From the NCBI GenBank assembly GCA_024277675.1, contig JAJRUS010000139.1:1-60048 (forward strand): a DNA stretch of 60,048 bases, given 5' to 3'. This stretch comes from a bacterium (GTDB taxonomy: Bacteria; SZUA-182; SZUA-191; JAJRXT01). The notes below the pieces were generated by a model, which saw nothing but the letters and a program-made list of their open reading frames with translations, was not told the DNA's origin and made no database searches. How positions within the stretch are numbered: position 1 is the stretch's first letter; every line of letters begins with the position of its first letter. A program made the position numbers and the translations under genes. Positions 1-9,211 of this stretch are shown one piece after another.

Positions 1-302
1 ACCTCAGCCAACTGCTGAGCGCGCTTTCCCAGCTTCAGGGTTACCCAACTGTCATCATCGTCCCCACTCTCGTAAACAGGGAACAACTCCATGCCGCAAA
101 TCGGGCACTTGCCCTGCTCCGAAGCCTTTACCTGGGGGTGCATGGAGCAAGTACAGTGAGAGACCTTTTTCTGGCCAGGGGCTGTGGGAGAGGCTTTATC
201 TACTACAACCTGGGGTGAGGGAGTAAAACAATAACCCAAAACTATGCCCAGCACCAACACTCCTACCAGAATTTTCCAATTGTTTTTTAGAAAAGTCTTC
301 AT
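1..302 (-). CDS. Efflux RND periplasmic adaptor (CusB-like) with N-terminal heavy-metal-binding domain; runs off the window edge
   Basis: Manual translation from ATG at 302: MKTFLKNNWKILVGVLVLGIVLGYCF...CTCSMHPQVKASEQGKCPICGMEL...; GAGG RBS; lies downstream of two TolC genes. Confidence 0.85.
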   Translation of the reverse strand, partial: MKTFLKNNWKILVGVLVLGIVLGYCFTPSPQVVVDKASPTAPGQKKVSHCTCSMHPQVKASEQGKCPICGMELFPVYESGDDDDSWVTLKLGKRAQQLAE

Positions 303-703
303 ATTAATTCCTCATCTCTTACTATTTTTGGTGAATATCTTTTATTCCCTGGGGTAGAGAAATGAGCCTCAGGCACCGAATGGGACACTTGCCGGCTTTG
401 CCCCGGCCTCGGGGTGCGTGTAACATCTGCAAATTCAAGGTCTTCCAGCAGATGAATCTTTTTCCCATAATTCAAGATATTCCGCCTCAGGTGGGCCATG
501 CTCTTCATGGTTAGCCTGCGGCCTATGTTCTTCATGGCTATATTGCTCATGGTCTTGTTGCTCATGATCATACCCCTCATGTTCATATTGCTTATCATCA
601 TATTCCCGCTTCCTCTGCCGGTGTTATTCATCATTGTGTTCCTCATGTTGATATTGCTGGTGTTGATGCCGGTCATATAACTATCGTCCACTCCCACCTC
701 CAC
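299..703 (-). CDS. Low-complexity Met/Asn-rich hypothetical protein (an alternative frame is His/Glu-rich but interrupted)
   Basis: 134-aa ORF whose TGA overlaps the adaptor ATG (ATGA); Met-rich N-terminal half. Confidence 0.35.
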   Translation of the reverse strand: MEVGVDDSYMTGINTSNINMRNTMMNNTGRGSGNMMISNMNMRGMIMSNKTMSNIAMKNIGRRLTMKSMAHLRRNILNYGKKIHLLEDLEFADVTRTPRPGQSRQVSHSVPEAHFSTPGNKRYSPKIVRDEELI

Positions 704-737
704 GCATACCCATCATCCCCCAACGGGGGCGTTTACT

Positions 738-2285
738 TTAATTATCCGTAAGGCGACGACCGATGGCCTGCTCCAACCTGACCAGGTTCTGGTTCTGTTC
801 CCTGATATATTTTTGATAGAGCAGGTTGTAATCCAGCCAGATTCTTTGTGCATCCAACACATCCAGAAAATCAGCCTTGCCTGACTGATAGTCAACCTGA
901 GACACATCCAGGTTACTCTTGGCCAAAAGCAGCAGTGAATCTTTGTACAGCAACACATCCCGCTTGGCGGTATCCAACTGAAAGAAAACATCCTTCACCA
1001 AAAACTTCAGTTTATCCCGCTGGGATTCCAGATCCTTAATTAAGGATTGGTATACCAGGCGCGCCTCACGAATATAGGCATCGTTCTTGCCGAACCAGAA
1101 CTGGGTCTTGGTAACCGGCTTTAAGCTGAATGGCTGGCGCTCCTTGCCCACGCCCACCAGGTTCCCTTGCGCATCCTCAAAGTAGGAAAAGCCTAAGCTG
1201 AAATCAGGGTAGAACTTCTTTTCCGCCAACTCAATTGCCAGATTGGTCTTGTCAATCTTCAACTGGATTATCTTAATTTCCTGCTGAGACTTAAGCCCCA
1301 TGTCAATAAGCTGTTGCAGGGTAAACTTAGTATCCCTTAACTCAACCTCGGCTGGCGCACCCAGCGGAAACTGGGGCGGTAGATTCAAAAACTTATTTAA
1401 TTCAGCTACCACCGTATGCTTATATTCCCGCCAGGTAGTTAAATCATCATCCAGCTTGGATATACGGGTCTGCACCTTAACCACATCGCTATAGCCCGCC
1501 TCACCGGTCTTGTACTTGATATAGGCTACTGTCTCTAAGTATTTTAGCAGCTTAAGGTTCTCAGCAGTAATCTGAATAGCATGGCCGGTATATAGTAATT
1601 CATAGTAGGTATTTTTAATGTCAGTGATCAAATCCCTCAAGGTAATCAGATATTTTTCCCTGGCAAGCTCCACCTCTTTAGTCACAATATCCCCTTTAAG
1701 AGTCAGCGTACCGGGGAAGGGAAATTTCTGAAATACTGATGCCTTCTGAGGCATACGGCTTACCTTGGTATCCAAATCCTTAATAAAAGCCTGATACTGC
1801 CTTAAAATATTATCCAATTGAGTGGCCTGAGTGTATTTCTCCAGCGCCGCCGTCCAATTCTTTTTGGCGCTTGAGAGACCGGGATTCCTTTCAAAAGCTG
1901 CTGAAACTAAGCTGTCCAAGCCTATCCCCTGCTTCAGGATTTCCTTAATCTCCTCGAGTTTAGCTACCTTTCGGATACGTTTACTCTCTTCAGTTTCAAA
2001 ATCAAAGAAACGCTTATCATGGGAAATCTGCTTTACCATGGCATCCCAACGTTGTTTTAGCTGCGCTAACTCCCGCTCTTTAATTTTTAGCTCCGACGCA
2101 ACAATTCCTTCCTCTGTCACCACCGGCCTGGCGGCTGATGCGGCCACGCTCTGCTTAATAAACGAGGTTTCCCTTTGTCCCTTATACTCCTGTTTCATTT
2201 CCCGGTAATTCATCTCCCGGGCGGCAGCGCCGCCGGAAAGCACTATTATTAATCCCAGGTTTATGGCAATTATTAGGTTTCTCAT
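738..2285 (-). CDS. TolC-family outer membrane efflux protein with N-terminal extension
   Basis: Signal peptide; OEP-like segments (QKFPFPGTLTLKG, YQSGKADFLDVLDAQR, LEQAIG). Confidence 0.85.
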   Translation of the reverse strand: MRNLIIAINLGLIIVLSGGAAAREMNYREMKQEYKGQRETSFIKQSVAASAARPVVTEEGIVASELKIKERELAQLKQRWDAMVKQISHDKRFFDFETEESKRIRKVAKLEEIKEILKQGIGLDSLVSAAFERNPGLSSAKKNWTAALEKYTQATQLDNILRQYQAFIKDLDTKVSRMPQKASVFQKFPFPGTLTLKGDIVTKEVELAREKYLITLRDLITDIKNTYYELLYTGHAIQITAENLKLLKYLETVAYIKYKTGEAGYSDVVKVQTRISKLDDDLTTWREYKHTVVAELNKFLNLPPQFPLGAPAEVELRDTKFTLQQLIDMGLKSQQEIKIIQLKIDKTNLAIELAEKKFYPDFSLGFSYFEDAQGNLVGVGKERQPFSLKPVTKTQFWFGKNDAYIREARLVYQSLIKDLESQRDKLKFLVKDVFFQLDTAKRDVLLYKDSLLLLAKSNLDVSQVDYQSGKADFLDVLDAQRIWLDYNLLYQKYIREQNQNLVRLEQAIGRRLTDN

Positions 2286-3665
2286 TTATTTTCCCTCCTT
2301 ATGAGCTGTTCCGGGAGAGGGAGTTCCCACCTCCAGGCTGGCTCCCACCAACTGTTCCAGTTGGGCAATACGCTGATAGTAATCGGTTACCGCCCGCTGG
2401 AGGGCCAGATTAAAATTGAGCCACACACTCTGGGTCTCCAACAGCCCGGAGAAACTGCCTTTTTTCTCCTTATACCAGGTTTCGGCAGTCTCCAGCGACT
2501 GTTCAGCTTGAGGGATAAGCGAGTCCTGATACAAACGGATTAAACGCTCAGAGTTTTGTAATTTAAAATAAAGGGTTTTTATACCGGAGAAGGTCTTATT
2601 TTCCTGATCCTCCTTCAGATAAATAGCGGCTTCATGTTTACGCCTGGCCTCCGCCACCCGCGAGCTGTTCTTGCCGAACCATAAGGGAATAGTAATCCCA
2701 AAATCAACCCCATAGGCATCCTGACCGCTGTCATCCGGTAAAGTACCCAACGGGCCGGGTTCGGCTTTTCCCACATCAGTGTAGTTGAATCCCAAATTGA
2801 AATTGGGCAGATATTCCATTTTGGCCAGGCTCAGCGCCTTCTGGCTCTTTTCAATCTGAAGCTCGGAAATGCCCAACTCCTGTTGGTTGTCAAGCGCCGA
2901 CTGATACAGTTCCTTCAGGGTATGCTTAAAGGGAACATAGCCGGTGGGCTTCGGTTTTCCCAAAGCCGCCTCCGGCGGCCGGTTCAGAATGGAATTTATG
3001 CGGGTAGTCTCGGCTTCCTTAAACTCGGTCAGCAGAATCAAATCATACGAAAGTTGGGCCAGTTGAGATTGAGCTTTGAACACATCATTTAAGGTAGTGC
3101 CGTCAACTGCATAGTCGGTAGTGCCGATCTTAGCCAGGTGTGCCACCAGGTCTTTATTCTGCCTGGTAATCTCGATCGCCTGGGTAATATAAAGTAGCTC
3201 ATAATAGGCATCCTTTAACTCCACAATCAGGTCGCGGGTCTGCCTTTCAAACTCTAAGCGGGCGATTTGGGCCTCACGCGCCACAATATCCCCTTTGAGG
3301 GAGAGCTTACCCGGAAAGGGCACCGCCTGTGAAATAGAGAATTTCTGCTCCTGGGGGCCCACCCTGGTTTCCAACTCCTCTATGAAATAGGAATAACGCA
3401 ATATCGGATCTTCATAAGCGGTAACCTGGGGATATTTCTCTATTACCGCCTCCCAGCTCAACTTGGCCGCCCTCAAACGGGGATTATCCTTAAAAGCCAG
3501 GGCAATTAATTGCCCTAAATCCAATTCGGCAGCCAACTCATCAACTGCCGGGGCTTTCGCTTCCGGCTGCCCGGCCTCCCTGGCGCCGGCTGTAGCTCCG
3601 CTTAAGGCGATGAGCAATGTCAATGCCGGAATCAGGCACTGAAGAAATTTACCTAACCTCATCAT
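2286..3665 (-). CDS. TolC-family outer membrane efflux protein (heavy-metal RND type)
   Basis: Signal peptide; ETRVGPQEQKFSISQAVPFPGKL, GITIPLW, LEQLVG motifs. Confidence 0.88.
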   Translation of the reverse strand: MMRLGKFLQCLIPALTLLIALSGATAGAREAGQPEAKAPAVDELAAELDLGQLIALAFKDNPRLRAAKLSWEAVIEKYPQVTAYEDPILRYSYFIEELETRVGPQEQKFSISQAVPFPGKLSLKGDIVAREAQIARLEFERQTRDLIVELKDAYYELLYITQAIEITRQNKDLVAHLAKIGTTDYAVDGTTLNDVFKAQSQLAQLSYDLILLTEFKEAETTRINSILNRPPEAALGKPKPTGYVPFKHTLKELYQSALDNQQELGISELQIEKSQKALSLAKMEYLPNFNLGFNYTDVGKAEPGPLGTLPDDSGQDAYGVDFGITIPLWFGKNSSRVAEARRKHEAAIYLKEDQENKTFSGIKTLYFKLQNSERLIRLYQDSLIPQAEQSLETAETWYKEKKGSFSGLLETQSVWLNFNLALQRAVTDYYQRIAQLEQLVGASLEVGTPSPGTAHKEGK

Positions 3666-3737
3666 GCGGAATTCTCCTCTTTTCTCCTTTTATAGTGAAG
3701 TAACCTAAGCCTTCCACACCAAACAACCGCCCTATAG

Positions 3738-3754
3738 AGCAAAAGGCATGCCAA
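3738..3754 (-). promoter_or_regulatory. Sigma54 -24/-12 promoter of the TolC-TolC-adaptor operon
   Basis: Minus strand TTGGCATGCCTTTTGCT: GG-N10-GC, about 70 nt upstream of the ATG. Confidence 0.7.
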
Positions 3755-3838
3755 TATAAATAAATTTGCTAATACACTGTTATTTAACGAAATATTAGCC
3801 TACAGTAAAATCCCGCCACAATATCCTAACCCAAAATT

Positions 3839-3875
3839 TGCAGAATATCCCACACTAACTGCTGAACATTCTACA
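3839..3875. promoter_or_regulatory. Putative tandem enhancer (bEBP) binding sites
   Basis: TGCAGAATATCCCACA and TGCTGAACATTCTACA, both TGC-N10-ACA, with a 21-bp period. Confidence 0.4.
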
Positions 3876-3971
3876 ACCAGGCTATCAACCGGCCAGCCAA
3901 TATTTTTATTCCTGAAGAATAACTGACTATCAATGTTGGCTTAATTAAGTTATCATCAATCAAGTTAATAC

Positions 3972-3988
3972 CTGGTACAGTTTTTGCT
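3972..3988 (+). promoter_or_regulatory. Sigma54 -24/-12 promoter of the M28 peptidase
   Basis: CTGGTACAGTTTTTGCT: GG-N10-GC. Confidence 0.6.
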
Positions 3989-4039
3989 CTAATCCATTTA
4001 ATGAAAACTAAAAGGTTTTGTGGAGGTCGATGGTAAAAG

Positions 4040-4951
4040 ATGAATCGTATTTATGTTACCTTATTTTATATTTCATTGCCACTCATATTTTTATCAGCTT
4101 GTTCCTTTCCTGAGAGTAATTCCTTATAATATAGGAAATACAATGATGTAATAATTGAGATGGGTCAACAAATTGACTTCAAAGGCATCATGAAGGATAT
4201 TAGTTACCTCTCGCTAACCATTGGTTCCCGGCCGGCCGGTTCGGCTAAGGCCAATGAAGCGGCAAACTGGTTTAAGGAAAGGCTACACGGGTTGGGTTTT
4301 ACTCCTCAAGTCCATTCTTTCAGCTTGCCTGATGGGAGTAAGGGACAAAATATTTTATGTTTACTGGAGGGACGTAACCCACAGATAATAGTGATCGCGG
4401 CTCATCTGGATACAGTCGAGGGAAGTCCGGGGGCCAATGACGATGCCTCCGGATTAGCGCTGCTGCTTGAGCTGGCCCGATTGACTAAACAATATAAGCT
4501 GAAACCGCAAAATACAATTATGCTGGCAGGTTTCGGGGCTGAGGAAGCCGTCGCCGGATTCTCCGGCCATACTTATAGTAGCTTGAGCTATTTGAAATCA
4601 TTAACCGCTGAGGCAAGCAGAAAAATCGTGGGCTGTATTTATCTGGACAAGCTAGGAGTAGGTCAAAAACTGCTCATCAGAAACATCATCTTTACCAATT
4701 CCCAAATGGCCCGATTCTGCCGGAAAGCCGCCGAAGAAATCACCTGGCCGGGAAAAAAGTATCCCCTGAAGTATGGCTGGCTGCTGAGCCTGCCGATGTC
4801 ATTTGAAAAACATGGAATTCCCACCGCCTGGATAGAGTGGGCAACTGATCCCCATATGCACAAAGTCGATGACTTACCGGAAAATATAGCTGAGGATAAC
4901 ATCCTGTCGGCAGCTAAAATAATATTACCGGTACTGTGGAATAAATTTTAG
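4040..4951 (+). CDS. M28-family Zn peptidase, probable lipoprotein; in-frame TAA at 4127-4129 separates the signal peptide from the catalytic domain
   Basis: AHLDT, GANDDASG and GAEE motifs in ORF 4160..4951; in-frame upstream MNRIYVTLFYISLPLIFLSAC (lipobox LSAC). Confidence 0.75.
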
Positions 4952-5049
4952 TTATTTACACAGGTGCATCCAGTTTAATATAAGCCACAATAAAAAAAAT
5001 TTGTACAAGTTCCAGGGGATTCAAAATTTATTTTGAAAGTAACAGGCTT

Positions 5050-5077
5050 TTGCTTTTCCCCTTAACTATGCTAAAAT
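5050..5077 (+). promoter_or_regulatory. Putative sigma70 promoter
   Basis: TTGCTT-16 bp-TAAAAT with extended TGn. Confidence 0.4.
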
Positions 5078-5131
5078 GGAAAAACATAAAAAAGCTGGCT
5101 GATGCCGGCATGGTTTATAAGAATTAGCTAT

Positions 5132-6868
5132 ATGGACATAAAAAAAGAACGCTGGATATATTGGCTTACCTGGTTATTGTTTGCAGTCATTGCGATGGGT
5201 TGTTTTCTTAACCTGGGGGGCAGAAATTTTGGAGTAGATGAGGCCGAAACTGCCGTCCTGGGTGAAAACATACTGACTTACGGTATCCCTATGGCCTGGA
5301 ACGGCCGGGGATTGATAGATAACGTTACCGCTAATATAAACGGAATAAACCTGAATGATGATTTAGTATACACTTCTCACCCCTGGTTTCCCTACTACTA
5401 TTCTGCTCTGCTTATATCTGTCTTCGGTAAAAACCATTTTTGGTTGCGGGCCGGGTTTGCCTGGTTGGGCTTTGCCGGGCTTATCTTATTTTATTTTTTA
5501 GTGAAAAAACTGGGTGATCGCAAGCTGGCTCTGCTGGCTTTAATTATTGCAGCCTTAAATGTTCACTATTATCTTTTCATCCGCTCTTTCCGCCATTATC
5601 CACTTAATGTTTTTTTTGCCATGTTGGCTATTTATGGCTATTTCTTTTTGGAGAAAAGGCAGGGCAAGTTCTGCCTGATCCTGGGATTAACCCTGCTTTA
5701 CCATACCAATTATATTCCTTTTCTCGATGTATATGTGGCCTTGGCGGTTATGGTGTTATTGGATTGGAATTGGCCCAGGGTCAAGACCTTTATAGCTTGC
5801 AGCCTGCTGGTTTTCTTATTTACTTTCCCGGCTTTTCTTTATTTAGAAACTTATAAATTTATCGGCTCCTTCGGGACGGAAAGGTATTCAAATCCCTTGT
5901 TAAATTATGCAGGCTTTATGAGGGATATAAATAATCGCTTTGTGCCATTGATTTTGTTTATCGCCTATGCTGGCTGGTTATTTTTTCAACGAAAAAGTCT
6001 GAAACAGTATAAGCATGATAAAGCGCAACAACTAAAAATTTTCTGCTTTATATATCCTCTTTGCTCAATATTAATAGAGCCTTTAATAATTCCGGAAATC
6101 CTGTTGCGCAATGCGGTTCCCATAATGCTGTTTTTGAGCCTGGCGGCCGCCTATCTCTTGCTGGCCTTATTTCAAAGGTCAAAACTGTGGGCCATAGTGT
6201 TAGCTATAGTATTACTGTTTACTAATCTATTAAGTGAAATGGTTTATTATCCCGCCGCCATAGTTTTTGAAAAATATAAACCGGGGCTTTATAAACGCTA
6301 TGTCAATGAGCTAAAAACCCACCCCTGGCGGGTAGTTTTAAAAGCAGAGCCTTACTACTTTATACAGGAATTATATACCCCATTTTATTCTTCCCAACAA
6401 GCCATAATTGAATTTTTAACCGAACATGCGCAAGCTGAGGACATTGTTTATTATTATTCAGATGAAGCGCGGGCATTACAGTTCTACACCAATTTTCGCT
6501 TAGCCTATCAAGTACATAAGGACTCTCCATTTCGCTATAAATTCAGCTCGCTTCCCGCCTGGGCCACTACTGATGAATACTTCGACTGGTTTATCCCCAC
6601 AAATGAAGGGGAGAAGCAACATATGTTGGCCCGCATTCGCCGGCAAGGGGGCAGTTATATTCGCTATGAGTTGGAACCTATGTTTTTGAGCCACTGGGAT
6701 TTACCTTTTGAACATTTGTTTATTCCCTACGTGCAGGACTGCCAACTGCACTATAATCCGGAAAAGAAGTTGAGTAAGACCGAGGTTTATCATATCCTCT
6801 GGAATGACCCACCAGTGGGAGACCCACCAGCGGGAAACCCACCGGCTACTGAAGTCGATAACGGCTAA
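5132..6868 (+). CDS. Polytopic membrane glycosyltransferase (GT-C, ArnT/PMT-like)
   Basis: DE motif after first TM (FGVDEAET), HP motif, many TM helices, C-terminal soluble domain; start could be 5102. Confidence 0.7.
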   Translation: MDIKKERWIYWLTWLLFAVIAMGCFLNLGGRNFGVDEAETAVLGENILTYGIPMAWNGRGLIDNVTANINGINLNDDLVYTSHPWFPYYYSALLISVFGKNHFWLRAGFAWLGFAGLILFYFLVKKLGDRKLALLALIIAALNVHYYLFIRSFRHYPLNVFFAMLAIYGYFFLEKRQGKFCLILGLTLLYHTNYIPFLDVYVALAVMVLLDWNWPRVKTFIACSLLVFLFTFPAFLYLETYKFIGSFGTERYSNPLLNYAGFMRDINNRFVPLILFIAYAGWLFFQRKSLKQYKHDKAQQLKIFCFIYPLCSILIEPLIIPEILLRNAVPIMLFLSLAAAYLLLALFQRSKLWAIVLAIVLLFTNLLSEMVYYPAAIVFEKYKPGLYKRYVNELKTHPWRVVLKAEPYYFIQELYTPFYSSQQAIIEFLTEHAQAEDIVYYYSDEARALQFYTNFRLAYQVHKDSPFRYKFSSLPAWATTDEYFDWFIPTNEGEKQHMLARIRRQGGSYIRYELEPMFLSHWDLPFEHLFIPYVQDCQLHYNPEKKLSKTEVYHILWNDPPVGDPPAGNPPATEVDNG

Positions 6869-6908
6869 GCCGCAGTAAAGTTAAACATCGCATAGATGTC
6901 AAAAGCTA

Positions 6909-6937
6909 TTGACTTATAAAGAAAATTAGTGTACAAA
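6909..6937 (+). promoter_or_regulatory. Putative sigma70 promoter of the nucleotide-sugar cluster
   Basis: TTGACT-17 bp-TACAAA just before the ATG at 6946. Confidence 0.4.
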
Positions 6938-6945
6938 AGGGCATC

Positions 6946-7938
6946 ATGAAAATTTTAATCACTGGCGTAACCGGTTTTGTAGGCAGCCATCTGGCTTAAT
7001 ACATCCTTGATTTGGATGAAGGCCATGAAATATACGGCATGTGCAGGTGGCGTAGCCCACGGGACAATATATCCAGGATTTACAATAAGCTAGTACTGGT
7101 TGATGCCGACCTGGGCGACTTAAGCGCTATGCTGCGCCACTTTAAAAGCATTAAACCTGATATAATTTTCCACTTAGCGGCCCAGAGTTATGTGCTGACC
7201 AGCTTTAACTCTCCCATTCAAACGCTCACCACCAATGTGATCGGTACCGCCAACTTACTGGAAGCGGTCAGAATAGCCGAAATTGATCCGATTATACATA
7301 TCTGTTCCTCATCGGAAGTTTACGGGCAGGTAGCCGAGGATGATATCCCCATTAAGGAAAGCTGTCCCTTGCGGCCGGCCTCGCCTTATGCGGTAAGCAA
7401 GGTGGGTGAGGATATGATCGCTTATCAGTATTGGCTTTCTCATAAAATAAAAACCATCCGTACCAGAATGTTTACCCACACCGGGCCCAAGCGGGGAGAT
7501 GTGTTCGCCATGTCGTTCTTTGCCAAACAGGTGGCCGCCGCTGAACTTGGTTTAAAAGAACCGGTGGTATCTGTGGGTAATCTGAAATCGGTGCGCACCT
7601 TTTGTGATGTCAGAGATGCCGTACGGGCTTACTGGCTGCTTCCATTTAAATGCCAGCCGGGTGCGGTCTATAATATCGGCGGCAATCGTACCATGACTGT
7701 AGGCGAAGCCTTGGAGCTGCTGTTGTCTTTTTCTAAAGCAAGCTTAGAAATCAAAGTCGATCCAAAGCTTATCAGACCATCGGATGTAACCCTGCAGATT
7801 CCAAGTACCGAAAAATTTCACCATGATACGGGCTGGGAACCGGAAATTCCATTAGAAAAAACCCTGGAAGATATGCTGAGTTACTGGCGGGCAGAGTTAA
7901 AAGGCAATCCCTGGAAATCCTTAACGGTGATAAAGTGA
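6946..7938 (+). pseudogene. gmd: GDP-mannose 4,6-dehydratase-like SDR interrupted by in-frame TAA at 6997-6999
   Basis: MKILITGVTGFVGSHLA*YILDLDEG is in frame with ORF 7012..7938 (HLAAQSYV, SSSEVYG, PYAVSK). Confidence 0.8.
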
Positions 7939-7968
7939 AAATTTGCATTAACCAAGCGCATAGCTTTA

Positions 7969-8112
7969 AGGGTACTTTGAAAAATTAGAAATTTTATTCG
8001 AGGGCAAGGAGCAGCGAGTCGAAAAAGCGCAGTGTACATGCTGGTACATGAGCATTTTGAGACGAGTTGCGACACCGTCAATCGGAGAAAAGAACAATTT
8101 TTAAAGTACACT
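7969..8112. mobile_element. MITE-like palindromic intergenic element
   Basis: Imperfect terminal IRs AGGGTACTTTGAAAAATT / AATTTTTAAAGTACACT, TA-rich flanks, central TGTAC-N6-GTACA hairpin. Confidence 0.5.
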
Positions 8113-8144
8113 TTAATACTTCCCTGATTCACCAATTTTACTTT

Positions 8145-9122
8145 ATGTCTTTGGATAACAAAACAGTTTTCCTGGCCGGTTCCACCGGCTTGGTCGGTAG
8201 CAGTATAATAAAGAATATTCTAACAGAATTTCCGCATACCAAAATCAGGGCGGCTTACTACCACACTGAGCCATTTATTAAACACGAAAGCATAGAATAT
8301 GTTTGCGGGGATTTAAGGTCAAAGGCGGATTGCCAGAGGCTTATTGAGGGTTGTGATTGCGCTGTGCTGGCGGCGGCCAATACTGCCGGTTCAAGTGCGC
8401 TTAATTTCCAGCCGTGGCATCAGGTTAATGATAACCTCATCATGAATGCCCAGATGCTGGAAGTTCTGCACGCCGGGAATATTAAGCGGGTAGTTTTTAT
8501 CAGTTCGGCTACAGTTTATCAACAATTTGAAGGCTCCATTAAAGAACCGGAGCTTAATCTGAATCAGGATCCTCCCCCGTCGTATCTGGGAATCGGCTGG
8601 GTTATGAGGTATCTTGAGAAATTGTGCCAATTCTGGTATACGCAAGTGGGCATGGAATTTGCCATTGTCAGGGCTTCAAATATTTTCGGCCCCTTTGCCA
8701 GGTTCGATCCGGCCACTTCAAACTTTATTCCGGCGATCATCCGTAAAGCGGTGGATAAAATGGACCCCTTCGAGGTATGGGGAAGCGCCGATGTTACCAG
8801 AGATGTAATCTTTGCCGATGATTTCGGGCGAGCCGTTGTAATGCTGCTGGATAATGATAATATAAAATTTGATACATTCAACATCGGTTCCGGGGTTAAG
8901 ACTACGGTGGGCGAGGTGGTGGAGTGGTCATTAAAATATGCCGGGCATGCGCCGTCAAAAATCACTTACAATGCCGATAAACCGACTACCATAAAATTCA
9001 GGGCGCTCGATTGCTCTAAGGCTAATGAGAAACTTGGCTGGCAACCACAATATACCATAGAGGAAGGCATTAAACATACTGCCGAATGGTGGATTGAAAA
9101 CAAGGATTGCTGGCAAAAATAA
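8145..9122 (+). CDS. NAD-dependent epimerase/reductase (Fcl/GME-like SDR, atypical active site)
   Basis: GSTGLVGS Rossmann motif, NIFGP, VWGS..RD; start taken at MSLDNK because the ORF-track extension lies in the repeat. Confidence 0.85.
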   Translation: MSLDNKTVFLAGSTGLVGSSIIKNILTEFPHTKIRAAYYHTEPFIKHESIEYVCGDLRSKADCQRLIEGCDCAVLAAANTAGSSALNFQPWHQVNDNLIMNAQMLEVLHAGNIKRVVFISSATVYQQFEGSIKEPELNLNQDPPPSYLGIGWVMRYLEKLCQFWYTQVGMEFAIVRASNIFGPFARFDPATSNFIPAIIRKAVDKMDPFEVWGSADVTRDVIFADDFGRAVVMLLDNDNIKFDTFNIGSGVKTTVGEVVEWSLKYAGHAPSKITYNADKPTTIKFRALDCSKANEKLGWQPQYTIEEGIKHTAEWWIENKDCWQK

Positions 9123-9211
9123 AAAGCTGCCTGAAAGCCGGACATGTCAGCATTGGAATATACCAGGCATCGGTTTGAATTTAAGTTAAAGCGAACTTTA
9201 AGATATAGCAT

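Noticed and set aside
498-680. Hydrophobic 60-aa ORF on the + strand
   Set aside because: Antisense shadow of the CATGAR-rich repeat; its hydrophobicity follows from the complement composition.
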